Assembly: GCA_025774845.1 (NCBI GenBank)
Contig: JALGZP010000003.1
Coordinates: 552 to 64,551 of the forward strand
Reading direction: 5' to 3'
Source of the DNA: a bacterium
GTDB lineage: Bacteria; Arandabacterota; Arandabacteria; Arandabacterales; Arandabacteraceae
DNA length: 64,000 nucleotides
Within the stretch, counting starts at the first letter, position 1. Every line of letters starts with the position of its first letter. Positions 54,140 to 63,745 of this stretch are shown here, piece after piece. The notes beneath the pieces are model-generated. The model was not told where the DNA came from and ran no database searches. It was given only the letters and a program-made list of their open reading frames with translations. The position numbers and the translations under genes are program-made.

Positions 54140-54757
54140 TTACCTGAACATATGTTTGATCGCACCCCAGGTCGTAGCGGCTGTGGCGTGCGCCTTCGGG
54201 AGACACGGATTGTGTCCTTTTACGCCGAAGATGCCTGCACAGTAGCTCGCATTTGGATAATCCAGGACATAGGGATCCCGGGTATACTCACAGGCCGCCG
54301 TGGCGATCTCTCCCGTAACCGGGTGCGGCACCACACAGACCATGCCCGGAGTATCAACCGTGATCCAGCCCCAGCCGGGGATGCAAACCGTGTGGGGCTG
54401 ACACTCGTTCCATACCTGGGTTATTCCGTCACCGGACCATACGATATCGCCCAGGTTATTGTCGGAGCAGTCGATGAACAAGCAGCTGTACGATCCGGGC
54501 CACTCGACGGCGTACTCAACGGCCTGGTAGTCGACGAGATTGAAGAACACCGGAAAGAAATCGATGTCAACACCGCCGGTGTAGGTTGTCAGGATCTCTT
54601 CACACGTGTTGATCGCAGGGAACTTGCGGTTGCATCTTCTGTCGCAGTCATACGGCATGAGATGGACCGCAACCTTGGCATTCTCATTGCCGGCGAGAAG
54701 CAGGCCGGTCGATGTGAGCAGGGTAAGGCAGATCAATACAAGGATTGCCCGTGTCAT
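54140..54757 (-). CDS. Secreted Cys-rich hypothetical protein
   Basis: I prefer the start MTRAILVLICLTLLTSTGLLLAG (signal peptide) at 54757. At least 14 Cys in the mature part. Ends with ...ATTWGAIKHMFR. No family recognised. Confidence 0.55.
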   Translation of the reverse strand: MTRAILVLICLTLLTSTGLLLAGNENAKVAVHLMPYDCDRRCNRKFPAINTCEEILTTYTGGVDIDFFPVFFNLVDYQAVEYAVEWPGSYSCLFIDCSDNNLGDIVWSGDGITQVWNECQPHTVCIPGWGWITVDTPGMVCVVPHPVTGEIATAACEYTRDPYVLDYPNASYCAGIFGVKGHNPCLPKAHATAATTWGAIKHMFR

Positions 54758-54934
54758 TTCGATCACCCCCTGACAAAAGACAAGCGGGCTTGAGCTCATC
54801 GATTATGAACAACAGTCCTCACACTCATCGTAATTGCTGTCGTTGCTTCCTATCTCTAGGTTACCCAGAGATTGACCAGCCGTCAAGGCTCTGAGTCGAC
54901 CCAGTCGCCGGGGTGAGTTCTCTGGAAGAAACAT

Positions 54935-56545
54935 TTAGAAGACAGGAGGTGAGGAGTGCAGATTGATCTCAAGTATCTGATACTGGATAACGCCGCTGAA
55001 GGAGTCGACGTAATTGAACGCCGGCCGGGCATTGATCTCCATCCCGGCTGGCAAACTGAGGAAAGCCCCGGGTCCTTCGCCCGGACCCAGAACCTCTGAA
55101 GACATGAAGACGCGGTGACCCTTGATAAGCGTGGCCCCGGCTTCATAGACCGCTTCTTCTCTCAAATCCCTGAAAACGGGACTCTCACCCCTAGGACCAG
55201 TCAGCACCTCGAGGGTATGGATATGTGGAGCGTAATAGTCGACCAGACAGATGTGCCTGCCGCAAGCGAGGATCACCACATCGGATGGCCTCACTCGCTC
55301 CTCGAGTTCGACAAGAATTTTCTCTTCCTCATCCTGGTGGGTATGTTTTGCGAGAATCCCACCGGTGAGATTACCCCAGATGAGGAGGACGGTAAAGACG
55401 ACACACAGGGTGTTCCTTGCCACAACGAGGGACCTTTGGCTCGGAATACTTGCATAACCCATCCCTGCAAGCAGGAGGATGCATGGAACAACAGGGGACC
55501 AGAAGGCCCTGTTTTGCGGACTCCACCATGCGACTGCCACACCGAACACGACAGCAACAGCCACAAAGAGAACGATGTGGGACTTGGTCCGGACAAGCAC
55601 CAGTCGCAGCCTTGCAAGAAGGGTAACCATGCCGATTCCGATGAACAGCATCACCCCGACCGGCGGGACTAGCGCGACGTAGAACCGGTAGCCCCTTGCT
55701 GCACCACCAAGCAGATAGGCTTTGAGTGCATCCCCTCCGAGGAACGCCCTTGTTACCCCTGTCGCAATGTTAGTGACGTTGAGGTTACTCCAGCGCCCGC
55801 AGCCCGTTCCTTCGAACAGTCTGAGATAACCTGATGTCCATTTCACAAGTTCACTGACCGAAGTGGCTCCGGCAAGACAACTCCCGATAGCAATATACGG
55901 TATGCCCACACCGAGCACTGTGATCACTAGATAGAGGGCGAGCATGCGGCCGCGGATCTCGCCGCCGGATCTCAACCACAGCACACAAGCGGAGAACGGC
56001 AGCATGAGCACAAGCTCTTGATGCAAGAGAACACCTGCCGTGTTGACCAGACCGAGAACGATTGCCGTGCCCCAGCCCGGGCCCCCACCCACCAGCAGGC
56101 GTACCATCAGATAGAGGCTCAGTACAGAGAAGAGCAGAAAGAAGGGTACCGGTTCACCCTGCGATGCGAAGTGCCACGTGACATACGCAAAGGCAAAACC
56201 CGACACGACTGCCGAGAAGAGGATCAGACCTCTGATAAAGAAGCGGAGCATCATCCCGAAAGCAAGGACTGCGATACACGTGGCTATGAGGTTGAGAACC
56301 TTCATGGGTAAGACCACGCGCCCGTCGTAACCGATGATGTGCCACAGGCTAAACCAGGCCTTCTGCATGGGCAGGTAGATCAGGTGATGGGGATGACTGA
56401 GATCCTCCTGGGAACCCATCTCGACTCCCCTGAAGTAACACAGGGAATCGTGAGAAGTGCTTCGCGCAAATGTGAGCACATACACAATCGCCGCAAGGAC
56501 AACGATAGCAAGCAACGCTCGGCCCGTACCGATCCGTACACTCAT
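54935..56545 (-). CDS. Polytopic membrane protein, GT-C-like (uncharacterised)
   Basis: 536 aa with about 12 TMs and a soluble C-terminal domain of about 130 aa. An early loop reads DLSHPHHLIYLPMQ. Assignment rests on architecture only. Confidence 0.5.
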   Translation of the reverse strand: MSVRIGTGRALLAIVVLAAIVYVLTFARSTSHDSLCYFRGVEMGSQEDLSHPHHLIYLPMQKAWFSLWHIIGYDGRVVLPMKVLNLIATCIAVLAFGMMLRFFIRGLILFSAVVSGFAFAYVTWHFASQGEPVPFFLLFSVLSLYLMVRLLVGGGPGWGTAIVLGLVNTAGVLLHQELVLMLPFSACVLWLRSGGEIRGRMLALYLVITVLGVGIPYIAIGSCLAGATSVSELVKWTSGYLRLFEGTGCGRWSNLNVTNIATGVTRAFLGGDALKAYLLGGAARGYRFYVALVPPVGVMLFIGIGMVTLLARLRLVLVRTKSHIVLFVAVAVVFGVAVAWWSPQNRAFWSPVVPCILLLAGMGYASIPSQRSLVVARNTLCVVFTVLLIWGNLTGGILAKHTHQDEEEKILVELEERVRPSDVVILACGRHICLVDYYAPHIHTLEVLTGPRGESPVFRDLREEAVYEAGATLIKGHRVFMSSEVLGPGEGPGAFLSLPAGMEINARPAFNYVDSFSGVIQYQILEINLHSSPPVF

Positions 56546-56703
56546 CTGTAGGCTCCGGCTGAAATGTGTGGATCCCGCAGTACATCCACAAGCCTGAACA
56601 CGCGCTAGCGCTTATTTTGCAGTACTGCCGCATCAATAGCAAGAAAAGTCGGTGCCGGAACCGGAAAATAGCTCGGTGGATTGTCGCACACGAAGACCCG
56701 ATC

Positions 56704-59001
56704 CTATAGATCCTCGAGAAACACCTGACTGAGGAGATTGCAGGCGTCGTCATAGAGCTTGCGCGTCAGGGCGGATGGTTTCCCTTTCTGGAGAACGGGT
56801 CCGAGTGCATACTCAGAGTAACGAAACGAATCGACGGCAACGGCCACAATCCCGGCCTCCACATTCATGGCCGCGACAACCGTGTTTCCGTGGTTGTCTT
56901 CTCTGATGGCCTGCCCTCCATGGATCCGGAGCCTGGCGGAGACACCGGGCCCAGACTCATCACTCAGGTCGGTGTCGACAGATAGCATCATGCCGAACTG
57001 CCCGAGTATCTCATTTGCTGTCGATCGTCCATTCAACACGCTATCGAGAATAAGAAGCCTTCCGCCGCGTCTTACATATGTAGTGAGGCAATCGAGCTCC
57101 TCCATGCTGAACTCAACGCAGGGCTCTATGAAGACGGCGCCGTGTGGATCGGCACCCTCTATATCAACCGCGTCACCCGTCGCCGGATACATGCCGATCC
57201 TCTGAGCACAAAGGTAGAACTCTTCGAAACCCCGGCAACCCCGCTGTCTGGCGAGACCAAGGTAGTTAAAGAAAGTCGCGTCGGTGTGCTTGGCATCGAA
57301 AATGAGCGCGGGTGTGGCTGCAACCTCCGGAAGCGGTCCGTGAAGCCTTGTGTTAAGATGACCTATGGTGACGGTTCCAACCACGAGACCCGCACACACT
57401 CCCATGCAAAACAGGCCGAAGCCACCCGGTCCTCCTTTCAAACTCAGAAGTGACAGTGCGGAAAGGATCCCGAATGCTACGAGGGTGATGGCACGCACCC
57501 AGGGATATTTCGAGCCATCGCGGTTGAGGTAGTCCATGAAACCTGAGATCAGCTCGCGTCTCCCCGGTGCGAAAACGCAGAAGTTGGAAAAGCACGTGCT
57601 GTCCGTAAAGAGGAGCACCCGGCCATGCCCGAAGCGTTTTGAACACGCCTGAAGGAAAAGACCGAACCGGTCACGTAGATCATAAGCTATGTTGCCGAAG
57701 AAATTGGGATGTCCGTAATCGACCTCCTCGCTACCAAGTCCACAGCCTATCATCACGGGTTGGGTGCGGAGATCCCCCACGACTGTACAGGACGTAAGAA
57801 ACCCAAACTCGTCCAGCCCGCGGAGTGATGGATGATAGACCGCACGTGGCCGTTTGAATGTCGAGAAGCCGGTCGTGGCAAGTTCGAAGCTGTCGTCATA
57901 GCGAAACTCCATCCCGAACCGATGTGCTATCGGATTTAAGAAATCTGTCATACCGAAGAGATTTGTGTGATCTCCGATAAGGAGGAGACCGCCGCCTGAC
58001 CGAACGAATTCCGTTATGGATTCCACCTCTCTATCTGCAAAGGGCTCTGTCGGTGTCTTGATGACGAGCACATCTACGCTGTCGAGCAACGACTGTGAGA
58101 TCTTGCCCGTATTGATCTCGACCTTGTAGTGATGAGAAAGATAATCCAGCAGGCAGTAGTAGTTGTACTCAGCTCTAATCCCGAGTGACGTCGTATCAAA
58201 CGGTGTCTCGGTCCATTCCCAGTTCGAGTGGGTTTCATCCACCACCACCCGGCCTTGCTTTGCATTTCCAGGATCGACGTAACCGAACACACCGGCGAGC
58301 GCGATTCCGGCAAGTGTGGCGGCCAGTGCACGTATCATTACCTGCCCCGCTCCACCAGGAAGCAACCGCGGGATTTCGAGACGGCCTGGATTGCGCAACA
58401 CGAAAGCAAGTGGGAGCCACGACACAACCACAGCTGCTGGATTCCAGAGAAGATTCGGCCTGTCCCACTCTATGGCGACTGCAATAAGAGCGACAAGACG
58501 GATGACCGAATAGAGCAGGATGACTCCCAGGTTTGCAGGTAACCAACGGGCACCGCTGGAGGATCGTGAAAGCACCGCCATGGCAATGAGTGCAACCACT
58601 ATGAACCAGGCCTCATAAAGCCCGAGCCCCTCGAACGTGAGTCTCACCGTTTCAAGCCCCCTGCCACTCCAGAAGGTAAGAAGTCCTCCTGATGAACCTG
58701 CCCCCGGAACGAGCTTGCCCACGACCGATCCCAGAGTCTCCCAAACCGGTATCCCGTGAAGACGCCAGGCAAATTGCCTGAGTGCGAGGGTAGATGCTCC
58801 GCATGCACCAATGACAACGACTGCAACGGGTAGAGATCGACGGAGGTGTCCTACGGCGGTTATGAAGAGGACCGTCCCGCAGATGACGAGGACGGCGGCG
58901 AGCTCGATCATCGGAGGAGTTACAAGGTGTTCACCCACTCGCCAGGCCAGTCCCACCAGGACGATGAAAAGTGAGATCCTAATACCCCGAAGCGATCTCA
59001 T
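56704..59001 (-). CDS. Large membrane protein, paralog B: N-terminal multi-TM domain plus two extracytoplasmic GldG/DUF4350-like domains
   Basis: 765 aa. About 7 N-terminal TMs, then SGGGLLLIGDHTNLFG and GHGRVLLFTDSTCFSNF, an internal TM, and a second domain with YVRRGGRLLILDS. Clearly homologous to the upstream gene. The family name is tentative. Confidence 0.55.
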   Translation of the reverse strand: MRSLRGIRISLFIVLVGLAWRVGEHLVTPPMIELAAVLVICGTVLFITAVGHLRRSLPVAVVVIGACGASTLALRQFAWRLHGIPVWETLGSVVGKLVPGAGSSGGLLTFWSGRGLETVRLTFEGLGLYEAWFIVVALIAMAVLSRSSSGARWLPANLGVILLYSVIRLVALIAVAIEWDRPNLLWNPAAVVVSWLPLAFVLRNPGRLEIPRLLPGGAGQVMIRALAATLAGIALAGVFGYVDPGNAKQGRVVVDETHSNWEWTETPFDTTSLGIRAEYNYYCLLDYLSHHYKVEINTGKISQSLLDSVDVLVIKTPTEPFADREVESITEFVRSGGGLLLIGDHTNLFGMTDFLNPIAHRFGMEFRYDDSFELATTGFSTFKRPRAVYHPSLRGLDEFGFLTSCTVVGDLRTQPVMIGCGLGSEEVDYGHPNFFGNIAYDLRDRFGLFLQACSKRFGHGRVLLFTDSTCFSNFCVFAPGRRELISGFMDYLNRDGSKYPWVRAITLVAFGILSALSLLSLKGGPGGFGLFCMGVCAGLVVGTVTIGHLNTRLHGPLPEVAATPALIFDAKHTDATFFNYLGLARQRGCRGFEEFYLCAQRIGMYPATGDAVDIEGADPHGAVFIEPCVEFSMEELDCLTTYVRRGGRLLILDSVLNGRSTANEILGQFGMMLSVDTDLSDESGPGVSARLRIHGGQAIREDNHGNTVVAAMNVEAGIVAVAVDSFRYSEYALGPVLQKGKPSALTRKLYDDACNLLSQVFLEDL

Positions 59002-61228
59002 GCCCCTGCCTGTCCCTTAAGCTTCCGATGAGATCGAGAACAAACCGGATGTTCTCCGAAGTGCCCTTAAACTCGGTTTCAAGGTTCTCATCCAGAAGCA
59101 GTCTTCCGTCGCCTACGGCTGTGACCGTACCGTCACCCAGTTCCATCATCACAATCGTCGGATAACCGAAAGCCGTCGCAAGTATCGAGGTATCGGCCTC
59201 ACCGGCATATGACACCCACCAGGCATCTTTGTGCCTTACGCGTGAACCTGCGTCACCACCACCCAGCGGGACAGGTTCTATCGAGTAGCCGAGATCCGAT
59301 GACAGGCCGGAGCAAGGCCCGGGCGATCGATACCCCTGACAGATAACGAGATTCCCACCGCCTTCTGCATAGTCGAGCAGCCATGTCCTCTCCCGGGGTG
59401 CCGGATCCCGGGTAGGGTTCACCATAAAAAAGTAGGCTGCACTGCGAGACCACTCACTGCTTTTGAGAGTAGGAACCGCCGAAACCCCGGCCCGTGCCAG
59501 GCAGTTTGCCAGCCCGCCCAGTGAGGTTGGCGCAAAGAGCTCGAGCCGTGCATCGGGCCTGAGTGAAAAATCGATCACCGCCTTATCATGGTCGACCCCC
59601 ATCGTGGGAGCCGCGGTGGAGCCTGAGGTGATCTGCCGTCCACCGCCTGTAAGCCACGTGATTGTTTCTCCGACCAGGTTGTGTGACAGGAACATGGCGA
59701 CATTCTGAAACGGCGAGGTGTCCCCGAACGTGACAACTCGACCTCTGCCTATGTGCTGGCCGGCAACAAGCACCAGATCACCGGCTCGCTCTCCCGCTTC
59801 CTGCCGGCCATTACCCATATGAGCACCCATACCCGCATTCGAGTAATCGCCGGTGTCGGAGAAACCGTACCGCCCCACCACAAGCGGGAATGCAGGTTCT
59901 TCGATTTCAAGCGATGCGCCGACCGCGCTCTGGAGCATGATCTCATTGTGGACGCCGTGCGTAGTATCGTGCTCCCTTATCTCGAGACACCCGTGCCAGC
60001 GGTTGCGAAGCGGGATCGCCGAGTCGAAGTTGAACCGAATCCCTGTAAATGAGAGCAGTGTATTCAGGGGATCCCTTGAACCGCCGATATCGGTGTGATC
60101 CCCAAGAACAAGAAGACCTCCACCGGAGGTGACGAAGTCTTCAAGTGTGGATACTTCCCCGTCCGTCAGGTTGGTTGTCGGATTAATGAACGTGATCAAA
60201 CCGATCCCGTTGAGATCATGACCACCAAGCGAGTCAATCAGGATTACCTCACCACCGCTTGCCCTTGCGCGGCGCTCAAGTGATGTCCTGAAGAGCCCGA
60301 ACATGCCCGAGCTCGCAAGTCCCAATCTCTCAGTATCCGGCAAGTTCCAGTCAAGCATGCCGCGTGAGTAGAGAGCGAAAGACGGTCTCGACGGGTGCAC
60401 CCCGGTCGGGCTGGCTGGGATATCGGCTGATTGCAAGCCGAACGCGAGGATCGCGACTGTCGACGCTCCGGTAACCCACAGGTGTTTCAGCACCCACCGC
60501 CGCTCCGGGCTCGTGGCGCTCCCAAGTTCAGTCCTCGAGATCACGGCCGAGACAAAGGCAACCGAAGCCAGCTGATGAATCGAAACATGGTGTGCCCTGA
60601 TGGTTTCCAGCATTGACAGTACTACCTTCCCGACCGGGTAACCTGTGCAAAGAATAAGAAAGCCCGTTATGACACGGTGACGGTGGGTCCCCGTGAACGA
60701 TGCCAGGATCACGATGAGACCCCCCAAAACATAGACCGGAAGACCTGAGGCCCACATGCCTATAGATGTACCCGAGAAATCGGTGAAATTACCGGCGCTC
60801 CGGGCTATGTACCAGAGCCGGGGGCTCTGCTCATACCAGATTAGAAGACCCGCGAAGGCCAGAGTGGTCAGATGAAAAGAAAGCCAGGGCGTTCCCGGGT
60901 CCGAATTGTCCCCTGCCGCCCGGCGGCACTCCACTAGTTGGATCAGGGCAAACAGCCAGGAAAGCCCCAGCAGGCGATACGTGCTCGAGTCAAACCTGAA
61001 GACCACGTGGGCAAGCGCTGCAAGTGAGGCTGTAGCGACCGGTCTGACGTACCACTTCCTGCTTCCGGAATGTGGCAACCCTATCACGATTATCAAACAC
61101 GCAACAAAGCCCAGGAGCAGCCCGCACCAGCCGGAAAGGATAAGAATGGACCCCGATGCCAGCATTACAGCTAGAACCGCGAGGAAGCTCTTGGTCCAAT
61201 CCGCAAGGTTTCTTGACACCGGTGTCAC
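58979..61228 (-). CDS. Large membrane protein, paralog A (same architecture as 56704..59001)
   Basis: 749 aa. N-terminal multi-TM domain, SGGGLLVLGDHTDIGGS, GRGRVVTFGDTSPFQNV, and a second domain with YAEGGGNLVICQG. 23-nt overlap with paralog B. Confidence 0.55.
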   Translation of the reverse strand: MTPVSRNLADWTKSFLAVLAVMLASGSILILSGWCGLLLGFVACLIIVIGLPHSGSRKWYVRPVATASLAALAHVVFRFDSSTYRLLGLSWLFALIQLVECRRAAGDNSDPGTPWLSFHLTTLAFAGLLIWYEQSPRLWYIARSAGNFTDFSGTSIGMWASGLPVYVLGGLIVILASFTGTHRHRVITGFLILCTGYPVGKVVLSMLETIRAHHVSIHQLASVAFVSAVISRTELGSATSPERRWVLKHLWVTGASTVAILAFGLQSADIPASPTGVHPSRPSFALYSRGMLDWNLPDTERLGLASSGMFGLFRTSLERRARASGGEVILIDSLGGHDLNGIGLITFINPTTNLTDGEVSTLEDFVTSGGGLLVLGDHTDIGGSRDPLNTLLSFTGIRFNFDSAIPLRNRWHGCLEIREHDTTHGVHNEIMLQSAVGASLEIEEPAFPLVVGRYGFSDTGDYSNAGMGAHMGNGRQEAGERAGDLVLVAGQHIGRGRVVTFGDTSPFQNVAMFLSHNLVGETITWLTGGGRQITSGSTAAPTMGVDHDKAVIDFSLRPDARLELFAPTSLGGLANCLARAGVSAVPTLKSSEWSRSAAYFFMVNPTRDPAPRERTWLLDYAEGGGNLVICQGYRSPGPCSGLSSDLGYSIEPVPLGGGDAGSRVRHKDAWWVSYAGEADTSILATAFGYPTIVMMELGDGTVTAVGDGRLLLDENLETEFKGTSENIRFVLDLIGSLRDRQGHEIASGY

Positions 61229-61233
61229 GCTTC

Positions 61234-61554
61234 TTACACCTCATCCCCAAAATCGCAATGCCCCCCGCGTTGCCGGGCGCGGATCATCCGGACCTGGCTC
61301 ACGAACCAGTAGATGAGAGAAGCCGGCGCCGGAAGCAACCATACCCGGTACTCCCACCCGGTCTTTACCTTAAAGACCACAAGGCTTGCCGCCATGGCCA
61401 GTAGCAGAGTGAGTGCGGCGGTTGTGGTGTTAACGGCTTTCGCACGCTCTCCCCTTGACCACCTCCAGGCGATAAAGGATCCCAGAATGCCGCCCGTTAC
61501 ACCTGTACTTATCCCGATCATGATCCACAACGAATTTGGATTCATGCCGTCCAC
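61234..61554 (-). CDS. Small membrane protein (3 predicted TMs)
   Basis: 106 aa with hydrophobic segments LWIMIGISTGVTGGILGSFIAW, TAALTLLLAMAASLVVF and VWLLPAPASLIYWFV. A 5-nt gap separates it from paralog A. Confidence 0.5.
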   Translation of the reverse strand: MDGMNPNSLWIMIGISTGVTGGILGSFIAWRWSRGERAKAVNTTTAALTLLLAMAASLVVFKVKTGWEYRVWLLPAPASLIYWFVSQVRMIRARQRGGHCDFGDEV

Positions 61555-61573
61555 CTCGTACGTATAGAACGCA

Positions 61574-62053
61574 CTACATCTCCGGACAGAAATAGAGTGA
61601 GTAGCTCAAACCACCGGGTCCGGGGTCACTCGGGTTTGTCGGCTGGTCGCCACCGCAGACCCTCTCACAGAGTGTAACTCCGTAGCACGCTGAGCCCGCG
61701 CAGATACTCGCAACACAGGCACTGCCGGCGCATAGACTCGATGCGCAGGCGCTGCCGACGCACGTACTGCCCACACATCCACTGCCAACGCAACCGCTCC
61801 CGAGACATAGACTTCCGATGCAGTAGCTCTCTGCACAGAGACTCCCCAGGCAGTAGCTGAAAGGATTGAGACTGCACGGCCACCAGTTTGGATCCTCTTC
61901 CCCGGGACCGTGGGGCACAGCACCACTCTCCCAGTCGGCTAATGTCTCATCCAGTCTTGCATGAAAGAGAGGGCTGACCGGATTGCCGGCAAGCACCGGC
62001 AGAGGAATCGCAACGACCAGGCAGCATACAAGCAGGACCGTGATTCGCATCAT
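61574..62053 (-). CDS. Secreted protein with a Cys-every-fifth-residue repeat
   Basis: I prefer ATG 62053 (MMRITVLLVCCLVVAIPLPVLAG signal peptide) preceded by SD GGGAGGTGG. The track ORF starts at GTG 62077. The core CLGSL CAESY CIGSL CLGSG CVGSG CVGST CVGSA CASSL CAGSA CVASI CAGSA C has 12 Cys at exact 5-residue spacing, encoded at 61685-61852. Confidence 0.65.
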   Translation of the reverse strand: MMRITVLLVCCLVVAIPLPVLAGNPVSPLFHARLDETLADWESGAVPHGPGEEDPNWWPCSLNPFSYCLGSLCAESYCIGSLCLGSGCVGSGCVGSTCVGSACASSLCAGSACVASICAGSACYGVTLCERVCGGDQPTNPSDPGPGGLSYSLYFCPEM

Positions 62054-62125
62054 CACAACCACCTCCCAACACTTCACGTTCCCTATGTCCGTCTCACAGT
62101 TCTACCGTGGGGGATGGTACTGCAA

Positions 62126-63745
62126 TTAGTGTGCCGCGCCGACTTCTTCCCTGATTTCACCGACCTCGACTTCGACTGCGTGGATTATGCTCTCGAGATC
62201 CATCTTGTCGACGATACGCAAGAACGCGTCAACAACTCTCGGATCGAACTGGGTGTCTGAACAACGTTCGATTTCCTCGACGGCTCCTGCCATGGTCCGC
62301 TTGCGCTTGTACCACCTGTCATGAATCATGGCATCAAAGGAGTCAGCCACACAAAGGATGCGGGCACCGATCGGAATGTCGTCACCACTCAGACCGTGCG
62401 GATAACCAAGCCCATCATATCGCTCGTGATGATACCGAATCATCCCGGCTACCTGGCTTGACGAGCCTGCACACGCAGCGATCTCGGCACTTACGTCGGG
62501 GTGGGTACGCTTGTATTCCTCTTCTTCGTATTCATCCAGCCGTGCCGGTTTTCGAAGCACCTGGTTCGGCCATGAGACCTTGCCGAGATCGTGACGAATC
62601 GCGGCCTCCTCGATTTTCTCGACGAAGGGCTCGCCCTTGCCCATCTCCCGGGCAATCGCAACCCCGATCTCGACCACACTGGCTGAATGACCACCCGTAT
62701 AGCGATCCTTCTCATCTACGGCCTTGGCGATCGCTCTTATGAGGCTATCCTGAGCCTTGAGGAGTTGCTGTCGTCTCAGTAGCGCAAGGTGCCGCCAGAG
62801 CGTAGGGAAAAGGAAGAGCGGCAACGCCGACCACAGCCCCAGGAGGTTGTTACCCATGACTATGGCATACCCGCACACGGCATATGTAAGAGGTTCCGGG
62901 AAGACTTTGAGATAGTTTCGCTGCCAGAGGCGTGAAGGAGAGATCCCATCACGCGATAGAAGCGCCGATTGGATCACGGTCTCCATCGCATAGAAGACCC
63001 CCGTTGCGAGGATAAACGGGACCAACTGGGCCGCAGTGGCCTCAAGACCGAGTGTGCCGGAGGCATGGTTCCCGAGGCGATACGCCAACCAGGCTGCACA
63101 ACCTGCCAGCATAAGCACAAATCCATAGGCCGAGGCGGTGGAAAGCCGGACCCCCAGGGCCTTGCTCTTGATGACACTGGTTATACCACCATTGCCCTTG
63201 CCCCCGTTGACAACATACTCGGTGTCTGTTCTTTCACGGGAATGATGGCCATTGCTACCGTTGGCAGCTCCATTGATCATTCCTACGGACGAAGACAGGG
63301 CCCGCTTCGGATCGAGCAGCATTGCCCAGCCTATGGCGGCAAAACCGAACATGACCGCATAGAGAGGGCCGCCGGCAAGCGACATCACGAGCACGATGGC
63401 AGAGGATGACGAAACATATGCGCCCCACGGGAGCCTGACAGGTTTAAGCGCTGCTAGTCCGAGCAAGAGCATGAAGAACAGGCTCCCCGCGGGGCTGCAT
63501 GTGATCCAGCTGGATACGAATCCGAGAGATCCGGATATACCCAGCCTGGTGAAGACAAGCAGTATGACTGAGGCCATGGCTATCATGCACGATCCGACCA
63601 CCATCGACCGCCGATGCTTACGATCGCGGGGTAGAACTAGGAGGTGCCTGGCCTTGTCTTTATATAAGCGTTGTTTGATATGCCGCCTGGATGGCGGCCC
63701 GAAGCCTTTTGCCGCCTTTGCGGCAAGATCGTCCCGTCCCATCAT
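62126..63745 (-). CDS. Membrane-anchored HD-GYP domain protein (putative c-di-GMP phosphodiesterase)
   Basis: 539 aa. N-terminal multi-TM region, then an HD-GYP domain with HDLGKV and HHERYDGLGYPHGL...ARILCVADSFDAM. Confidence 0.85.
   Translation of the reverse strand: MMGRDDLAAKAAKGFGPPSRRHIKQRLYKDKARHLLVLPRDRKHRRSMVVGSCMIAMASVILLVFTRLGISGSLGFVSSWITCSPAGSLFFMLLLGLAALKPVRLPWGAYVSSSSAIVLVMSLAGGPLYAVMFGFAAIGWAMLLDPKRALSSSVGMINGAANGSNGHHSRERTDTEYVVNGGKGNGGITSVIKSKALGVRLSTASAYGFVLMLAGCAAWLAYRLGNHASGTLGLEATAAQLVPFILATGVFYAMETVIQSALLSRDGISPSRLWQRNYLKVFPEPLTYAVCGYAIVMGNNLLGLWSALPLFLFPTLWRHLALLRRQQLLKAQDSLIRAIAKAVDEKDRYTGGHSASVVEIGVAIAREMGKGEPFVEKIEEAAIRHDLGKVSWPNQVLRKPARLDEYEEEEYKRTHPDVSAEIAACAGSSSQVAGMIRYHHERYDGLGYPHGLSGDDIPIGARILCVADSFDAMIHDRWYKRKRTMAGAVEEIERCSDTQFDPRVVDAFLRIVDKMDLESIIHAVEVEVGEIREEVGAAH

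Noticed and set aside
54002-54793. 263-aa plus-strand ORF, plus similar shadow ORFs at 55115..55672, 62969..63409 and 63396..63761
   Set aside because: They are antisense to minus-strand genes that have signal peptides, TM patterns or HD-GYP motifs. Their translations are Arg/Gly/His-rich without features.
61606-61926. Alternative minus-strand frames across the Cys-repeat gene (61606..61926 and 61665..61883)
   Set aside because: They are open only because of the 15-nt periodic low-complexity DNA. They lack a signal peptide, an SD and sensible boundaries, whereas the chosen frame has all three.
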